Positions 61,969 to 64,000 of a DNA stretch of 64,000 nucleotides are shown piece by piece; within the stretch, counting starts at the first letter, position 1, and each line of letters opens with the position of its first letter. Source of the stretch: Chara braunii (lineage: Eukaryota > Plantae > Charophyceae). The stretch lies in the NCBI GenBank assembly GCA_003427395.1, contig BFEA01000008.1, positions 5,201,209 through 5,265,208 on the forward strand, given 5' to 3'. Below the pieces are notes generated by a model. The model searched no databases and was not told the DNA's origin. It was given only the letters and a program-made list of their open reading frames with translations. Position numbers and translations under genes: made by a program.

Positions 61969-62300
61969 TGTCGCGCGCGACTGTCCCACACCCTAGACGC
62001 AAAGTAGTTTTTGGTGTTGGACCTCACGGTCGTGTCACGCAGGAGTCTCTTTTGTCACCTTAACGAAAATACCACTCCGACCGTGCGCGTGTGCTATACC
62101 TCTCGCAACTCCCTACGACAGGTTAGGGATCCCGCAAGGTACAACATACCTCCACCTGCGGGAGTTGTCACCATCTCTTAGGTGGGTGTATCCCTACTGA
62201 GCTACTGACCCACATACGACGGCTTTTATATGCAATCGCAGAGGTAGGCCAGCCGAGGGCGTTTTCTCGATCGTCGTAGCATAGGCATATGCGCGGTAGA
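61969..62300 (-). mobile_element. Third homologous LTR 3' segment, with TATA box
   Basis: Aligns by eye with 26362-26650, ends in gtcgcgcgcgaca on the minus strand, and has TATAAAA at 62224-62230. Confidence 0.72.
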
Positions 62301-63600
62301 ACGCCTTAAGACTGACCCGTTATGTCGAGACCGGAGTGGTAACTCCCCGGACCGACTATCTAACCAGGTCGACTTCTCGGACAGTCTTCCACGCTTAGCT
62401 AACTTAAGACAATGACTCTAAGTTTCCTTTGTTGAACTTATGAAAATGTCATAGTCAAGCCCTTAGTAATCTCTCATTCTTCTCAAAAGAAGCCCCAAAC
62501 AAATGACTTTCTAGGCACCGACTGACCTACTATCTCATTCACAAGTATATATATATATATGTATGTATGTAAATCAGGGGAGCTGACTGAGCAGTGGATC
62601 TCACTTTCACGATTGTCGTGCCCCTTTGCCTGAATTTCCAGAAGATCCCAAACTCAGGAGACAGTACAAATGTTCAACACCTGCGCATATACAGGAAAAA
62701 CACATACACACATACAAATGCAGACACAGAATGCGCTACGAGCGTCAACCTTTAACCCATTCATGACAAGCCACTCACGCCCCAAACCCTTGAAAACAAC
62801 ATTCCTTCATAACCCTGACTCCATTTTACCCCAGCCCCACACATTTTGAAGACTCCTGGGTGTGATTTGGACAATGTAGGCATAGATACAGGGGGAAGAT
62901 TTATCTGTTCCTTTCTTAGGTCTTGTCTTAGGTGTGGGTGCCAAACCATGGGTGGAAGTTGAGTCGGAGTTCTACCGACCTGTTATCCAGGGATAACAGA
63001 ATTGTTGTTCTTACGGATTCCCCCGTAAGTCCTCCGAAGTGTCGAAACCTGTAGACACAATACAGTCCAAGAGAATCTTAACATCCCTCTTCCTAACTGA
63101 GATCTAGAAAGTTCCTTCTTGACTCTGTGTCCTTTGTCTGACTCCTACTATTCTTAGCTAATTGTTTGGGCTGTTGCCCACTCCGCTTCAGGTAGTGAAT
63201 AATAATTCACTCCCGTTTTACTGTCACGATAATTCTCCATACTCCTTTTCACTATCTCATTCTTATCCCTTTTGAGACTATCCTATCTGAGGTCCCTTTC
63301 CTTCTCCCAACACACATGATCACATCATCAATCCAGCTTGTGGAAAGAATCTCATGGAAAGGAATCAGATGAATGGATAGTCTTTCTCTGAGGCAAGATC
63401 TCACTTCTCCCCTTTCAGTAGAATCAGAGATGGTTAGTTAGGACTCAACAATGCAGATTGTGGAGAAAGTTAGTGGTGGTATGGCAGACCATTCAGGATA
63501 TATCCATCTGTTACTGGAGCTTTGTTTGATAAAGGCAATCTTGTGGGTCTTGGCCACTGCGTGCCAAGCACATTTAGCGGTAGACTTATCCTATGGCTAG

Positions 63601-64000
63601 CCACTGATAAGGCAGGTGTCCTTGAAACCTCGCTACTTCTTATATCGGATTAGTCACTGATAAGACAGGATTCCCCTGCTACTCTTATCACTGACTAACC
63701 CTCAATAAGGCGGGTGCCCAAGGATCCTTGCTACTCTTATCACTGACTAAGTTCCAGGATGTTTATTGATAAGGCATGTGTCCTTGAAACCTCACAACTC
63801 TTATATCAGACTAGTCATTGATAAGACAGGATTCCCCTGCTACTCTTAACATTGGCTAGCCCTCAATAAGGCGGGTGTCCAAGGGTCCTTGCTTACTCTT
63901 ACCACTGAAAAGAATGTTAGGTTTAATCAGTGATAAGGCAGGTGTCCTTGAAACCTCACAACTCTTATATAAAACTGGTCACTGATAAGACAGGATTCCC
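63601..64000 (-). repeat. Higher-order hairpin array: three subunits per period of about 163 bp, running off the window
   Basis: gataagrcagg...cctgctactcttatc subunits, with periods starting at 63606, 63768 and 63932. Confidence 0.85.

Overview
Eukaryotic, repeat-dominated draft-assembly window with N gaps and a leftover Nextera adapter. Its element families and the one host gene suggest a streptophyte alga such as Chara (inference, not verified). The only clear host gene is an intronless mitochondrial gamma-carbonic-anhydrase-like gene (50169-51191, minus strand). The rest is mostly mobile DNA. It holds a decayed Penelope-like retroelement with an N-terminal GIY-YIG domain and hammerhead ribozymes in its pseudo-LTRs (4691-10615), and a second family of short hammerhead-bearing elements. 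It also holds a full-length decayed Gypsy chromovirus (31599-40522), an integrase remnant split by a long-TIR element, several MITEs, and copies of U6 snRNA, LSU rRNA and tRNA-like heads. The most unusual signal lies in or next to three long, mostly non-coding LTR-like regions (about 18-27 kb on +, about 56-60 kb and 62-64 kb on -). These carry four tandem arrays of RNA hairpins with compensatory stem changes, strand-specific G-U pairs and, in two arrays, GNRA or UNCG loops. They also share a 19-nt motif and a conserved kissing-loop structure near the LTR end. All structures and alignments were read by eye and need computational confirmation.
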